The translations under genes were made by a program, and so were the position numbers. Below the pieces are notes generated by a model, which saw only the letters and a program-made list of their open reading frames with translations, ran no database searches and had not been told where the DNA came from. 64,000 nucleotides of DNA from assembly GCA_019057865.1 (NCBI GenBank), contig JAHLWP010000008.1:68424-132423 (forward strand). The letters are read 5' to 3'. Shown one piece after another: positions 53,485 to 63,300 of this stretch (positions are counted from its first letter, which is position 1; each line of letters starts with the position of its first letter). Origin of the DNA: Promethearchaeota archaeon. GTDB lineage: Archaea > Asgardarchaeota > Lokiarchaeia > Sigyniarchaeales > SOKP01.

Positions 53485-53518
53485 TATTTAATTCTATTTT
53501 CATTCAATTTTAATATGA

Positions 53519-53854
53519 TCATGATAATGTATCTATTACATCTAAATCTCTTAACTCTTTCAGCTTTTCTTTATTAATTTCATTCGCAAAATCACTAATT
53601 GAGGAAATTAATGTAAAAATATCTAGATTTTTAATTTTATAATGATTAATATTACTCTTTTTCTCAGAGATAATGAGATTGTTATTTATTAATAATTTAA
53701 GATGTTGAGAAATAGTTGATTGCGATTTATTTAAGGTTTTTTGTATTTTTAAGGATGTTTTATCACCACTTCTTAATAACTCTAAGATTTCTAAGCGTGT
53801 TGGATCTGCTAAAATTTTTAAAAAGTCGATTAAGTATTTTTTTAATTCACTCAT
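53519..53854 (-). CDS. ArsR/SmtB family transcriptional regulator
   Basis: LADPTRLEILELL..SQSTISQHLKLL. Confidence 0.9.
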   Translation of the reverse strand: MSELKKYLIDFLKILADPTRLEILELLRSGDKTSLKIQKTLNKSQSTISQHLKLLINNNLIISEKKSNINHYKIKNLDIFTLISSISDFANEINKEKLKELRDLDVIDTLS

Positions 53855-53950
53855 TACTTATAAAACATCCTTTTAAGTTTTAATTTAAACTTCTTTATTT
53901 TTAAAAATATTTCTAATTTTTTATTAATGTTTATATAAAGATATAAAAAG

Positions 53951-53974
53951 ATGCGAATATTTAAATATCGCCAT
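53951..53974. promoter_or_regulatory. Near-palindromic candidate operator between the divergent ArsR and Lrp genes
   Basis: ATGCGAATATTTAAATATCGCCAT with perfect core ATATTTAAATAT. Confidence 0.45.
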
Positions 53975-54021
53975 ATCGTTATATAACAATAATAAATATA
54001 AATAAATCTTAAAAAAGGAAA

Positions 54022-54534
54022 ATGAGTAGTAAAATTTTCAAAATAGATGAAATTGATCGAAATATAATCCAATTAGTCCAAAATGAACCCACACTTACTC
54101 ATACTGAAATTGCGAAAAAAGTCAACAGAAGCCAGCCAACTGTAGGCATGAGAATAAAGAAACTAAAAACTTCAGGAGTATTAAAATTCCAAGCAGGTAT
54201 AAATATAAAAACAATGGATTTATGTCTTGGGCGGGTTGAGATTCAAACATTACAACCAAGAGAAATATTAGATCTGGTAAAAAAATGTCCATATATGCTA
54301 AATGCCTTCCGACTAAGTGGAACATCAAATATTAGTATTCTACTCGTCGGACCAAAATTTGAATTTCTTGATAATATTGTAAATTATCACTTTAGAAAAA
54401 ATCCTAATGTTACAAATGTTTATTTAGATATTATCACTGATGTTGAAAATGATTTTGTATTGCCTTTTGATTTTGATTGCAATACTTGCGGAGCACAGCC
54501 AGATGGGCAATGTTGTGGTAAATGTACACAATAA
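54022..54534 (+). CDS. Lrp/AsnC family regulator with Cys-rich tail
   Basis: IDEIDRNII..IAKKV..SQPTV..RIKKL HTH; tail CNTC..CCGKC. Confidence 0.85.
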   Translation: MSSKIFKIDEIDRNIIQLVQNEPTLTHTEIAKKVNRSQPTVGMRIKKLKTSGVLKFQAGINIKTMDLCLGRVEIQTLQPREILDLVKKCPYMLNAFRLSGTSNISILLVGPKFEFLDNIVNYHFRKNPNVTNVYLDIITDVENDFVLPFDFDCNTCGAQPDGQCCGKCTQ

Positions 54535-54687
54535 ATTCTCTTCTTCTATTAGAATTTTTATCTTTATATATTAAAAGCAAGATTAGATCAAGATAGTTTT
54601 TTCTATCCTAATCATAAGATTTTAGATAAATTGATAACTAATTAATTAAGGTTTAAATTGAAAAAGATAATAAAAAATATATTCAAA

Positions 54688-54779
54688 GCCAGCGTATCCG
54701 AGTAGTTAAGGAGACCGCCTGCAGGCAACCCTTTGAGGTGGTAAGCGGTTATTCGAGGGTGCAAATCCCTCCGCTGGCT
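54688..54779 (+). tRNA. tRNA-Cys(GCA) with a 19-nt intron at position 37/38 (54725-54743)
   Basis: Acceptor GCCAGCG/CGCTGGC, discriminator U, anticodon stem ACCGC/GCGGT, GCA at 54721-54723, T-arm GAGGG-TGCAAAT-CCCTC; T-tract downstream. Confidence 0.93.
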
Positions 54780-54836
54780 CTTTTTTATAGATAAATTTAA
54801 AGATTTTATATTATTTGGACTTTCTAAAATATTAAT

Positions 54837-54965
54837 TTTGGACAAACCGGGTCTACTAACGAAAGTGCAATACATTGGGATATTTTAAAAGATATGAAAT
54901 TACCAGGTTTAAAAATTATAGTTGATGGCAAAGTAATTTATAAGGACTGGAACTGGTTAATTCCA
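54837..54965 (+). pseudogene. 3'-terminal fragment of an M29 (aminopeptidase T) gene
   Basis: Translates FGQTGSTNESAIHWDILKDMKLPGLKIIVDGKVIYKD; stop just upstream and no start codon before the motif. Confidence 0.7.
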
Positions 54966-54977
54966 CCTAAAAATTTT

Positions 54978-55550
54978 TTAAATGTATTTTCTAACAATAT
55001 AGAATTTTTTAAACTCTTTATATATTGAAAATCCCTCTGAATCAAACAATGAGAGGGGACCATGATATTGATGGGCGTCAGATAATTTATCCCCTTTACG
55101 AGGATATGCCTCGATGCAGTCGTAATTTTTATTTTTAAAATCAGAACATACATATTGAAGCAATTTTCCTGCAATTCCTTGTCTTCTATAGTCATAAGCG
55201 ATTATAAAACAAACAACTGCCCCTAATTTTCCATCAAAATGAATATCCAATTCCTTATTTTGTAATAACATAGGTAGATTATCTTTTAAATCAGCTTTAC
55301 ACCATCCAACTGGATTATTATCCAAGTAAGCCAAATATCCATTCATTTTTCCTGAAAGAATCAATTTTTTTGAGGCATTTCTATTCTCTTCACCAGTTCT
55401 TCTACTCCATTCTTTAATCGTGCCATTAAAATGATGAAAATGGCAATAGCAAACACTCCAATCGGGATTATCTGTAAATGCTACGTTATCAAAAAAATAT
55501 AAGAAATCGTCAATGAGTTCTGGTTCTAATGACTTAATTTTAATATCCAT
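54978..55550 (-). CDS. GNAT family acetyltransferase
   Basis: CYC, PVGWC, VCFII..YRRQGIA, IEAYP, GF motifs. Confidence 0.85.
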   Translation of the reverse strand: MDIKIKSLEPELIDDFLYFFDNVAFTDNPDWSVCYCHFHHFNGTIKEWSRRTGEENRNASKKLILSGKMNGYLAYLDNNPVGWCKADLKDNLPMLLQNKELDIHFDGKLGAVVCFIIAYDYRRQGIAGKLLQYVCSDFKNKNYDCIEAYPRKGDKLSDAHQYHGPLSLFDSEGFSIYKEFKKFYIVRKYI

Positions 55551-55700
55551 AACTAAATTTATTGCTTATAAATATTTTAATGTATATATTTAGTTTATAT
55601 AATCTTCAATTCATTAGTTTTAAAAAAATATCAATAACAAATATTAATATTATTAAACATTCTCCTTTTTTAATAGATTTTAATTACTAATCATTTTAAT

Positions 55701-57143
55701 ATGAAAGTTTACAATAGTTTAACGTTTAAAAAAGAAGAATTTAAGACAATAACACCCAAAGAGGTTAAAATGTATGTTTGCGGAATCACCGCTTATGATT
55801 CAGCACATTTAGGGCATTTAAAATCAGCTATCTCATTTGATATAATCCATAGATACCTAAAATTTAAAGGATTTAAGGTAAATATAGTTAAGAATTTCAC
55901 TGATATTGATGATAAAATAATAAATCGATCAAATGAGTTAGGTATTGATTTTAAAGAATTAAGTGAGAAATATATAGAAGAATATGAAGAATTTATGGAG
56001 ATAATGAATGTCGAAAAAGAGACGAGAAATCCGCGAGCTACTGAAGTTATACCCTTTATTATTAATTTTATCAAAGAACTAATTAAAAAAGGTCATGCAT
56101 ATGAAAGAAATGGTTCTGTTTATTTTTCTGTAAAATCTTTTCCAAAATATAAAACTGTTTTTCAGACTAAAAAATTAGAAGACTTAGAAGATGAGGAAGA
56201 AGATTATCTTGAAGATCAAGACACTCTTTATGGAGAAGATAAACTTGATCCTAAAGATTTTGCTCTCTGGAAAAAGATGAAGGAAGGAGAACCTTATTGG
56301 GAGAGTCCTTGGAGTAAAGGTAGACCAGGTTGGCATATAGAGTGTTCAGCAATGGTGCTACAATACTTAGGAGATACAATTGACATCCATGGGGGAGGTC
56401 AAGACTTGAAGTTTCCACATCATAGAAATGAAATTGCTCAATCAGAATCATATACAGGGAAACCCTTTGCGAACTATTTTATTCATAATGGATTTGTGAA
56501 TGTTGATAATGAAAAAATGTCAAAAAGTCTTGGAAATTTCTTTTTAGTCTCAGATTTAATAAAACAATATGATCCAATGGTTATCCGATTTTTTTTAATC
56601 TCAAGTCATTATCGAAGCTCAATAAATTATTCTCTTGAAAATTTAAAGCAAGCAGAAAAAAATTACAATAAATTAATAAACATAATTAAAAAAATAAATG
56701 ATTTATTGGCTGTTAGTGGAAGCTCTAAAGAAACTAAGAAATTAATTTCTCGAATTGATAAAGCAGAGTTGAATATTATAAAGGCTATGGATGACGATTT
56801 TGATACACCAGTGGCGATCGCAGAAATTATGACATTAATTAGAGAACTCAATAAAGCTATTTTAGAGCAAAAAATAGAAATCACAGAGGAATTTAAAGAT
56901 AGATTTTTTAAATTTATTGAAAATATAGATTTAATTTTTGGATTTTTCCCAACTTTAAAGAAAGATTTTAAATCAGGTGTAATGGATACTACTGATGAGA
57001 AAAGTAAACTAATAAAAGATTTAATTGAGATAATATCTGATATTAGGACTCAATTAAGAAAAAGGCAGATTTATGATCTAAGTGATAAAATTCGAGAAAA
57101 ACTTAGAGAAATAGGGGTAAATATTGAAGATCAAAAAATCTAA
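55701..57143 (+). CDS. cysS: Cysteine--tRNA ligase
   Basis: [42 protein letters not shown]. Confidence 0.96.
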   Translation: MKVYNSLTFKKEEFKTITPKEVKMYVCGITAYDSAHLGHLKSAISFDIIHRYLKFKGFKVNIVKNFTDIDDKIINRSNELGIDFKELSEKYIEEYEEFMEIMNVEKETRNPRATEVIPFIINFIKELIKKGHAYERNGSVYFSVKSFPKYKTVFQTKKLEDLEDEEEDYLEDQDTLYGEDKLDPKDFALWKKMKEGEPYWESPWSKGRPGWHIECSAMVLQYLGDTIDIHGGGQDLKFPHHRNEIAQSESYTGKPFANYFIHNGFVNVDNEKMSKSLGNFFLVSDLIKQYDPMVIRFFLISSHYRSSINYSLENLKQAEKNYNKLINIIKKINDLLAVSGSSKETKKLISRIDKAELNIIKAMDDDFDTPVAIAEIMTLIRELNKAILEQKIEITEEFKDRFFKFIENIDLIFGFFPTLKKDFKSGVMDTTDEKSKLIKDLIEIISDIRTQLRKRQIYDLSDKIREKLREIGVNIEDQKI

Positions 57144-57276
57144 TATTCTTTTAGACTATTATTTTAGATATTAAATCCTATAAGAAATATACTAATAAAT
57201 ATTATTGTAAATTCTATTCCTAAAATCAGGTTTCTAAACCTTTTCTTAATCATAACGGAAATTCTATTTTTTGAAA

Positions 57277-57570
57277 TTATGTTTCTGTATATCCGACAAA
57301 ACCAGCAATTAATACTAAAATTCCTCCTATCGTACTAGTATAGACAATCATTACTACTCCCAACACTACATATACAATCCAATTCATAGGAATAGGTTTA
57401 TTAGGGCTAATTACACTTAATAATATTATCACTGCTAGAATAATTCCTATTACTAATGTAATTACCTTTACATTCTCCAATCTTTTATCTCCAAAACCCA
57501 AAATAGCTTCAATTAAAGCTATTACACCACCAAGTGCTGCTAGAAGTCTCATTAAATCTTCATTTCTCAT
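57277..57570 (-). CDS. Small membrane protein
   Basis: 97 aa, three to four hydrophobic segments. Confidence 0.65.
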   Translation of the reverse strand: MRNEDLMRLLAALGGVIALIEAILGFGDKRLENVKVITLVIGIILAVIILLSVISPNKPIPMNWIVYVVLGVVMIVYTSTIGGILVLIAGFVGYTET

Positions 57571-57687
57571 CTTTAATACCTAGCTAGTTAATATTTATTT
57601 CTTATTTAAAATATGTTATAATAATTTTCTAAATCCTATAGTAAAATTATTCTAAATATAAAAAGAGATAATTGGTATTGAATTTTG

Positions 57688-59446
57688 TTATAACTTTCCA
57701 TTAACTACTATTTCTTTTGGTGCATATTCATCTTGTACAGCGTAATTGTTAAAATTGATGCTGTAATGATCTCGCCAATGAAGTTTAACTTCTTCTAACA
57801 TTGCTTCATAAATGCTTTCTTTAATTTTCCCTTCAGCACGAATTAAGCTACCCATTGGAGTAGCTACTATTTCACCATCTTTTACAACGATTTGTCCATC
57901 CTTTATAGTGTACATTGCTGATGAAAATGCTTTTTCAACATCATGTCCAGTATAGTTTTCTGGATTTATTTTGTAAATTGCCACATCACCAATAGCACCA
58001 TTACCTAAATGCCCTCTGTCCGTAAGACCAAGTATTTTAGCATTCCCACTACGGGTAACTATACATAACTCATTTAATGTATATTCTCTGTCTATATCCG
58101 GTAATGTGGTAGCTGTACTAGCCTTTTTTGAAATATTATCTAACATTTCCTTCCGAGACTTACGATCCACCAACCATTTAAACACTTGTGGATAAGTTGT
58201 GAAAGGAGCACCGTTGGGGTGGTCCGTTGTTATTGCTATTTGATATGGATTTTTAACTAAAAGTAATAATTCAAGGCCTATAGCCCATTGTACAGCATTA
58301 ACTCCAACTTTTGGAGAAAAGAAATAGGGTACGATTCCTGATCCCGATTCTCCTTCAACTTGCCCATTTATCCACTTAACTCCTGGCTTGTTTCCCCATG
58401 CACTCGTACCTCCTAAATGGTGTAGCGCGAACTCCCAAGGGCCGTCTCCGGTCATCGTAGTTGTTGCATATTTAGTGAAAACAACTTGACCTGCATCAAT
58501 TGTTATATGCTTATTTGAGTTTATATATTCAGCTATTTGGGAAGCACCTGATTCAAAATCTCTCCAGCTTGTTCCACCATATGCATTAAATTGAACATGA
58601 GTACAATGAAAGTTTGTTTTCCTTCCAACTGAACTTTTAGGTTTAATATTCTTTGTTAATTCAAAAGTTTCAAGTGAGTGTTTAAAATTTCCTGGATGTC
58701 CAAGATTATTACAATGGACATGAATTGAATGGGGTAATTCTAGCATTTCATTCGCTTTTGCTAAACTTTCAACAATTTGTCTGGGTGTAACATCCCAATG
58801 AAAAACCTCATCATCAAGAGAACTGACGTTTTTTAGAGTTCAATTTTTAAGCAAAATTGGAATCGCCCCATGCCCAGTTCTCGACTCCTCCCGGATTTAC
58901 AAGCTTAATTGCGAAACCCTTTGTAGCTTTTAAAATCCATGCGACATAAGCGGCTAATTTGTCTATTTCACCATTTTTAACATATTCCATTACAAACCAG
59001 TTGTTTCCAAATAATGGGAAGGCACCCTTGTCAATAATAGGGGTTTCTAAAAATTCTTCATGAGTATGCCGGGCTTCAAGTAAGGGCATAGCTGGCTCGA
59101 ATACAGTAGTGAATCCTAATTGGGCATATTTATATCCAGTAATCCATGTGGATGGAACAGAGAACCCAGTACCACTGCGTGTCAGTCGAGTCTTCTTCAT
59201 CGTAGCCTCCATATGTTTATCTTCAGGGCGAAGTGATCGACCGGCGTTAACTTTCGCACCAGCAATGTGAGAATGAAGATCGACTCCGCCAGGCATAACA
59301 ATCATTCCATCAGCATTGATAACTTTTGAATCTGCTCCCGCATTCTCTGAAATTTTGCCATTTTTAATATGGATATCTTTCTTCTCGCCATCGATGTTAT
59401 TCAATGGGTCATAAACTAAACCATTTTTAATGATTAAATTATTCAC
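57688..59446 (-). CDS. fwdA: Formylmethanofuran dehydrogenase subunit A, split by a 31-nt insert; join(59446..58864, 58832..57688) = 575 aa
   Basis: 5' part: PGGVDLHSH, RPED, EARHTHEE, KLVNPGG. 3' part: HSIHVHCNNLG, TDHPNG. Removing the insert gives continuous NWAWGENVSSLDDEVFHWDVTPRQIVESLAKANEMLELPHS. Confidence 0.9.
58833..58863 (-). other. Candidate bulge-helix-bulge mRNA intron in fwdA (31 nt)
   Basis: Minus-strand intron ATTCCAATTTTGCTTAAAAATTGAACTCTAA; central helix GGGG/CUCU, 3-nt bulges CG|A and AA|A, internal hairpin, exon-exon stem GAGAACUG/CAGUUCUC. Confidence 0.78.
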
Positions 59447-59575
59447 GAATTTATTCTCCTTAATTAATTTATTAATCCAACTTATTGTATAATATTTGAA
59501 TTAAGTAATTAGTCTTATAATTAAAACTTTGTAATGATATAAAATAAGTATTTATTTAAATTTATATTAAAAATT

Positions 59576-60271
59576 CTAATTCTTTAAAAAACTATTAGAA
59601 CTCCATATAATGATGTCTCTCTTAACCTTAAAATTTAAGAGTATTTGATTAGGAATTGGATTACCAATGACAGATATGCAGTTCAGATTTTTCAAGCTAT
59701 CTAATCCATTAAGATCCTTTATTAAATTTTTATCAAGAAGCATAGATTCAAGAGTTGCTAGATTATTAACACCCTTAATTTGACTAAGTTGGTTTTGCCT
59801 TAGATTGAGAACCTTTAAATTAATTAAATTTCTGAATCCTTTCATCTCAAAAATGGTATTATTCTCAAGCCCTAAATAAGTTAATTTAATTAATTTATCA
59901 AGACCTTTTATCTCTGAGATATTATTTCCGTCAAGATGCAAAATCTCTAAATTCTCTAATTTACCAAGTCCTTTTATCTCAGAGATATTGTTGTAACTAA
60001 TATCAAGAACTCTTAATTTTTTAAATGAATTAAGACATTTAATTTCAAGAATTTCATTTGCATCTAAAAAAAGTTCTTCTAAATTAACAAGATTTTCCAA
60101 ATGTCTTATTTCAGAAATAAAATTTCCACTCAATTCAAGTCTTCTTAAATTCCTTAACTCTTGAATACCATGTATGTCCGAGATGTTCTCTATATCAAGC
60201 CCGCCAAGGCTCAATGAGTTATCATGTCTAGATAAAAATATTCGCTTCTGCTTATAAATAACAAATTCCAT
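59576..60271 (-). CDS. Leucine-rich repeat protein (SDS22-like)
   Basis: Repeated 22-aa LxxLxLxxNxISEIKGL units. Confidence 0.9.
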   Translation of the reverse strand: MEFVIYKQKRIFLSRHDNSLSLGGLDIENISDIHGIQELRNLRRLELSGNFISEIRHLENLVNLEELFLDANEILEIKCLNSFKKLRVLDISYNNISEIKGLGKLENLEILHLDGNNISEIKGLDKLIKLTYLGLENNTIFEMKGFRNLINLKVLNLRQNQLSQIKGVNNLATLESMLLDKNLIKDLNGLDSLKNLNCISVIGNPIPNQILLNFKVKRDIIIWSSNSFLKN

Positions 60272-60307
60272 AATATTATTAAAAAATTAATATTTAAAAT
60301 TAATATA

Positions 60308-63300
60308 TTAACCTAAATATTTATCTTTATTCAATGATGTCCAATATGCATTATCAGGTAAGTATATATTCCAATCTTCCTTCAATTGTCGAAAAGCTGT
60401 TATTGAAGTACCCAACATTTCTAATAATTCATATTGTCTAAAATCAAAAACCATTTCTTGAAGCGTCTGAGCATCAATATTGAGAGAATCTAGTTTTTCT
60501 AGCAAAATTTCATAAGAGCTTGCTCTTTCACTTAGAACTTTAAATTTTCTCTCTAAACCTAAACCATACTTCCTTCCAACTTCCCACATCTCATTGAATA
60601 GTCTAGCACCAAGAGATAACGCATATACAGATTTCCAATGTCTTAAATTTCCATCGGAATCTATAAACCACATTTCTCCTTGATCTTCCCTAACACTAAA
60701 TTTAATATTAAACACTCTTCTCACTTGTTCTAGAAAGTGTCTGTTAGAAGATACAATCGCAGAGGTGCCTGAGATACCATCTCCGCAGTAATATCCAAGG
60801 AGCCATGTTAGCATTATCTCACGTCTTAAATTTTGACTCAACCCTCTGCAATGCTTATCAAAATCTGGAAGATCCTTTCTATCTGCTTTAGAACTAGCAA
60901 AATTATTCTCTAATAAATCTTCACCCATAGGTTTGCAAGTAAAACTTAAATAAGCTGTCTTAGATTTATACTTATTCCCATAAAGATTATTTCTCCATTC
61001 ACGTTCACGGATCCTTATTTGATAAGAAGTTGCAGTAGAATCTAATTGCACAAAATCTCTAAATTGTTCTATAAGAGCCTTATCTTTTATCTGCAATTCT
61101 AACCAGAGCCGGTATTTCGGCGAATATTTGTCCCCCTCTTTATAATATCTTGTTATCAAAGAACCATCAGCACTTAATAAACCATGCCAAAATGATTTAA
61201 TAGGATTATCTAATGTTTTAAAGCAATGAGGATCACCTACATTATGTTGTTCCATTGGATAAGCCTTTAAAATATTATGACTTTCATAATATTCTACCTT
61301 CTTAATTATATGGAGAGCTCTCTGACCAAAATAATCATGTAAGTTTCTCTTAGCTGTATCAATTTCTTCTTGTGAAAACTTATAATCAGGATTTTTCTTA
61401 AGATATTTTAGCTTATTAGAAATATCATCAACGTGTCGAGTCCCTGCTCTATAATAATTTAGCCCAAGATATTTACTTATTCTCCACATTGGTACTCTTC
61501 CGTAATATAAATCTGAGACAGGGACTAATTTTTTAATCTCCTCCTTTATATAATCAATAAGAACTTTAGTATCCGTGAAGTCAATTGGAAAGTCACCGAC
61601 TTCCCAAAGTGATAGCCCTAGCTCTAGCGCCTGCTTCCCAACAATGGACTGTGGTCCCAAAACCTCTAGCTTATCTATCATCTCTTGAGTGACGACAGTC
61701 TTCTGTGGCACAGAAAGGGCTCTCGTCTCTTCAAGTAATGATTGCTCTAAATCATGATACCAGATAGCCTGCATAGGATCTGAAAATTCAAAATGCCATT
61801 GTTGCAAAGGCTGAGGAACCAAACCCTCTTGAATATCAACCGTGTCCTCAAGGATTGCTTTGATTGAATCTTTATTTATCCTAGAACTTACCATCACTTT
61901 AACAACAGGAGATAAAGAACCTGCTAGAGTCACAGGAACAAATGTACCCATTAAACACCCGCTAAAGAGCATAAGGGTAGACATAACAAGCTGACCCCCC
62001 GCATCCTTTAAGGATTGCGTCTGCAAACTATTTTTCATCTCGCTTACTTGTGCCTGTGATTCAATCGAAGAATGCTTCATAGTGGTCCTAAGTACATGAT
62101 CAGTTCGCATATCATTTAACATACTATACATATTCCCCCTAAAGCCCTTTTTTAAGGCACTAAAAACCCCACCAGTAAGGGCTTCTCTTGCACCCTCGGC
62201 AAGCGAACTCCAGAGAACCTGCTCCCAGAAACTACCTCCCGCCCTTTCAACAGTCTTTGAAACATAATTCTCGATATATGGATCAATATATAATTCTTGC
62301 AATATCTCAGAAGGAATTGCTTTAAGCGTACTAAATGCAATCTTTCCAAGAGAAGCGCCCGATGCAAATCTACCAACAGCCGAAATTCCCATCATTATTA
62401 AAGTACTCCAGAAAGTAACGAAAATGGTATGCTTAATCTCTTCAAGTCTACTTTGTGTCACTTCTGCTATAGTGAACTGATAGAGATATTCTAACATCTT
62501 TGCCTGAGCAGATTGCATAGTCGCTATCTCCTCTATCTCTTCTGAAGTGAGATCACGGGTATCGCTCATGTTTCTAAATTTCTCAACATAAAGTTTTAAG
62601 CAGAGATAGGGCTCATAACTGGAAGGATGCTCCATTTCAAAATCAAGAATAGTCTTAAATGTAGCAAACCTTTGCTCATCAATGGTCAAAACTCCACTGG
62701 TAGAGTTGAAACTATATCCGTCATTATATAGTGTACCCTTAAATTCACATTTAACCCACTCATCACCCTGAACTCCAACCAAAAATACATCTATATACTC
62801 TATATCAGAATAAAACTCATGAACGCTATAATCTGGAACCACTTGTATTTCATAGGTGCTCCCATCAAATATCTTATAAATTGTGTGATGCTCATCTTTT
62901 ACCTCATCATAATACTCTTCAGGGACAAATATTGGATATTCCTCATAAAACTCTGGGAGAGGAATATTTCCTTCCGAACTTGCAAATTCCAAAGAAGGCA
63001 TAAATGTTCCGACACCATATAACATATAAGGTATAATGGTATCATAATGCTCATCATGATTCTCGGTAGTTAACCTACTTATCTCATCTTCCAAATACAT
63101 AAGTGAATTCTCCATATACAAACTTGAAAAGAAAATATTATAAAGTTCTTGTGGTACATCTCCATCATGCAACATAGGGAAACTAGAAAATAGTGGCTTC
63201 ATTCGTGGATCATTATAGTCAGAATATGCGGTATAACCTCTTGTCTGCAGTGAATAATCTAATGTAAGCGATTTAAACTGAACATCATACCCAGACATTG

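Noticed and set aside
54688-54779. tRNA-Sec or a long-variable-arm tRNA because of the 92-nt length
   Set aside because: The extra length sits in the anticodon loop as an intron; the anticodon is GCA and the acceptor stem is 7 bp.
54642-54875. 77-aa ORF in the track
   Set aside because: It is antisense to tRNA-Cys and spurious.
58833-58863. Simple frameshift, sequencing error or programmed frameshift in fwdA
   Set aside because: Judged against FwdA consensus from memory, 31 extra structured nucleotides including a stop are present, which slippage or a homopolymer error cannot explain; no target-site duplication indicating a MITE was seen.
60308-61300. Intein in the large ORF
   Set aside because: The LAGLIDADG-like region is near the C-terminus, with no recognisable C/S start block or His-Asn splice junction followed by an extein.
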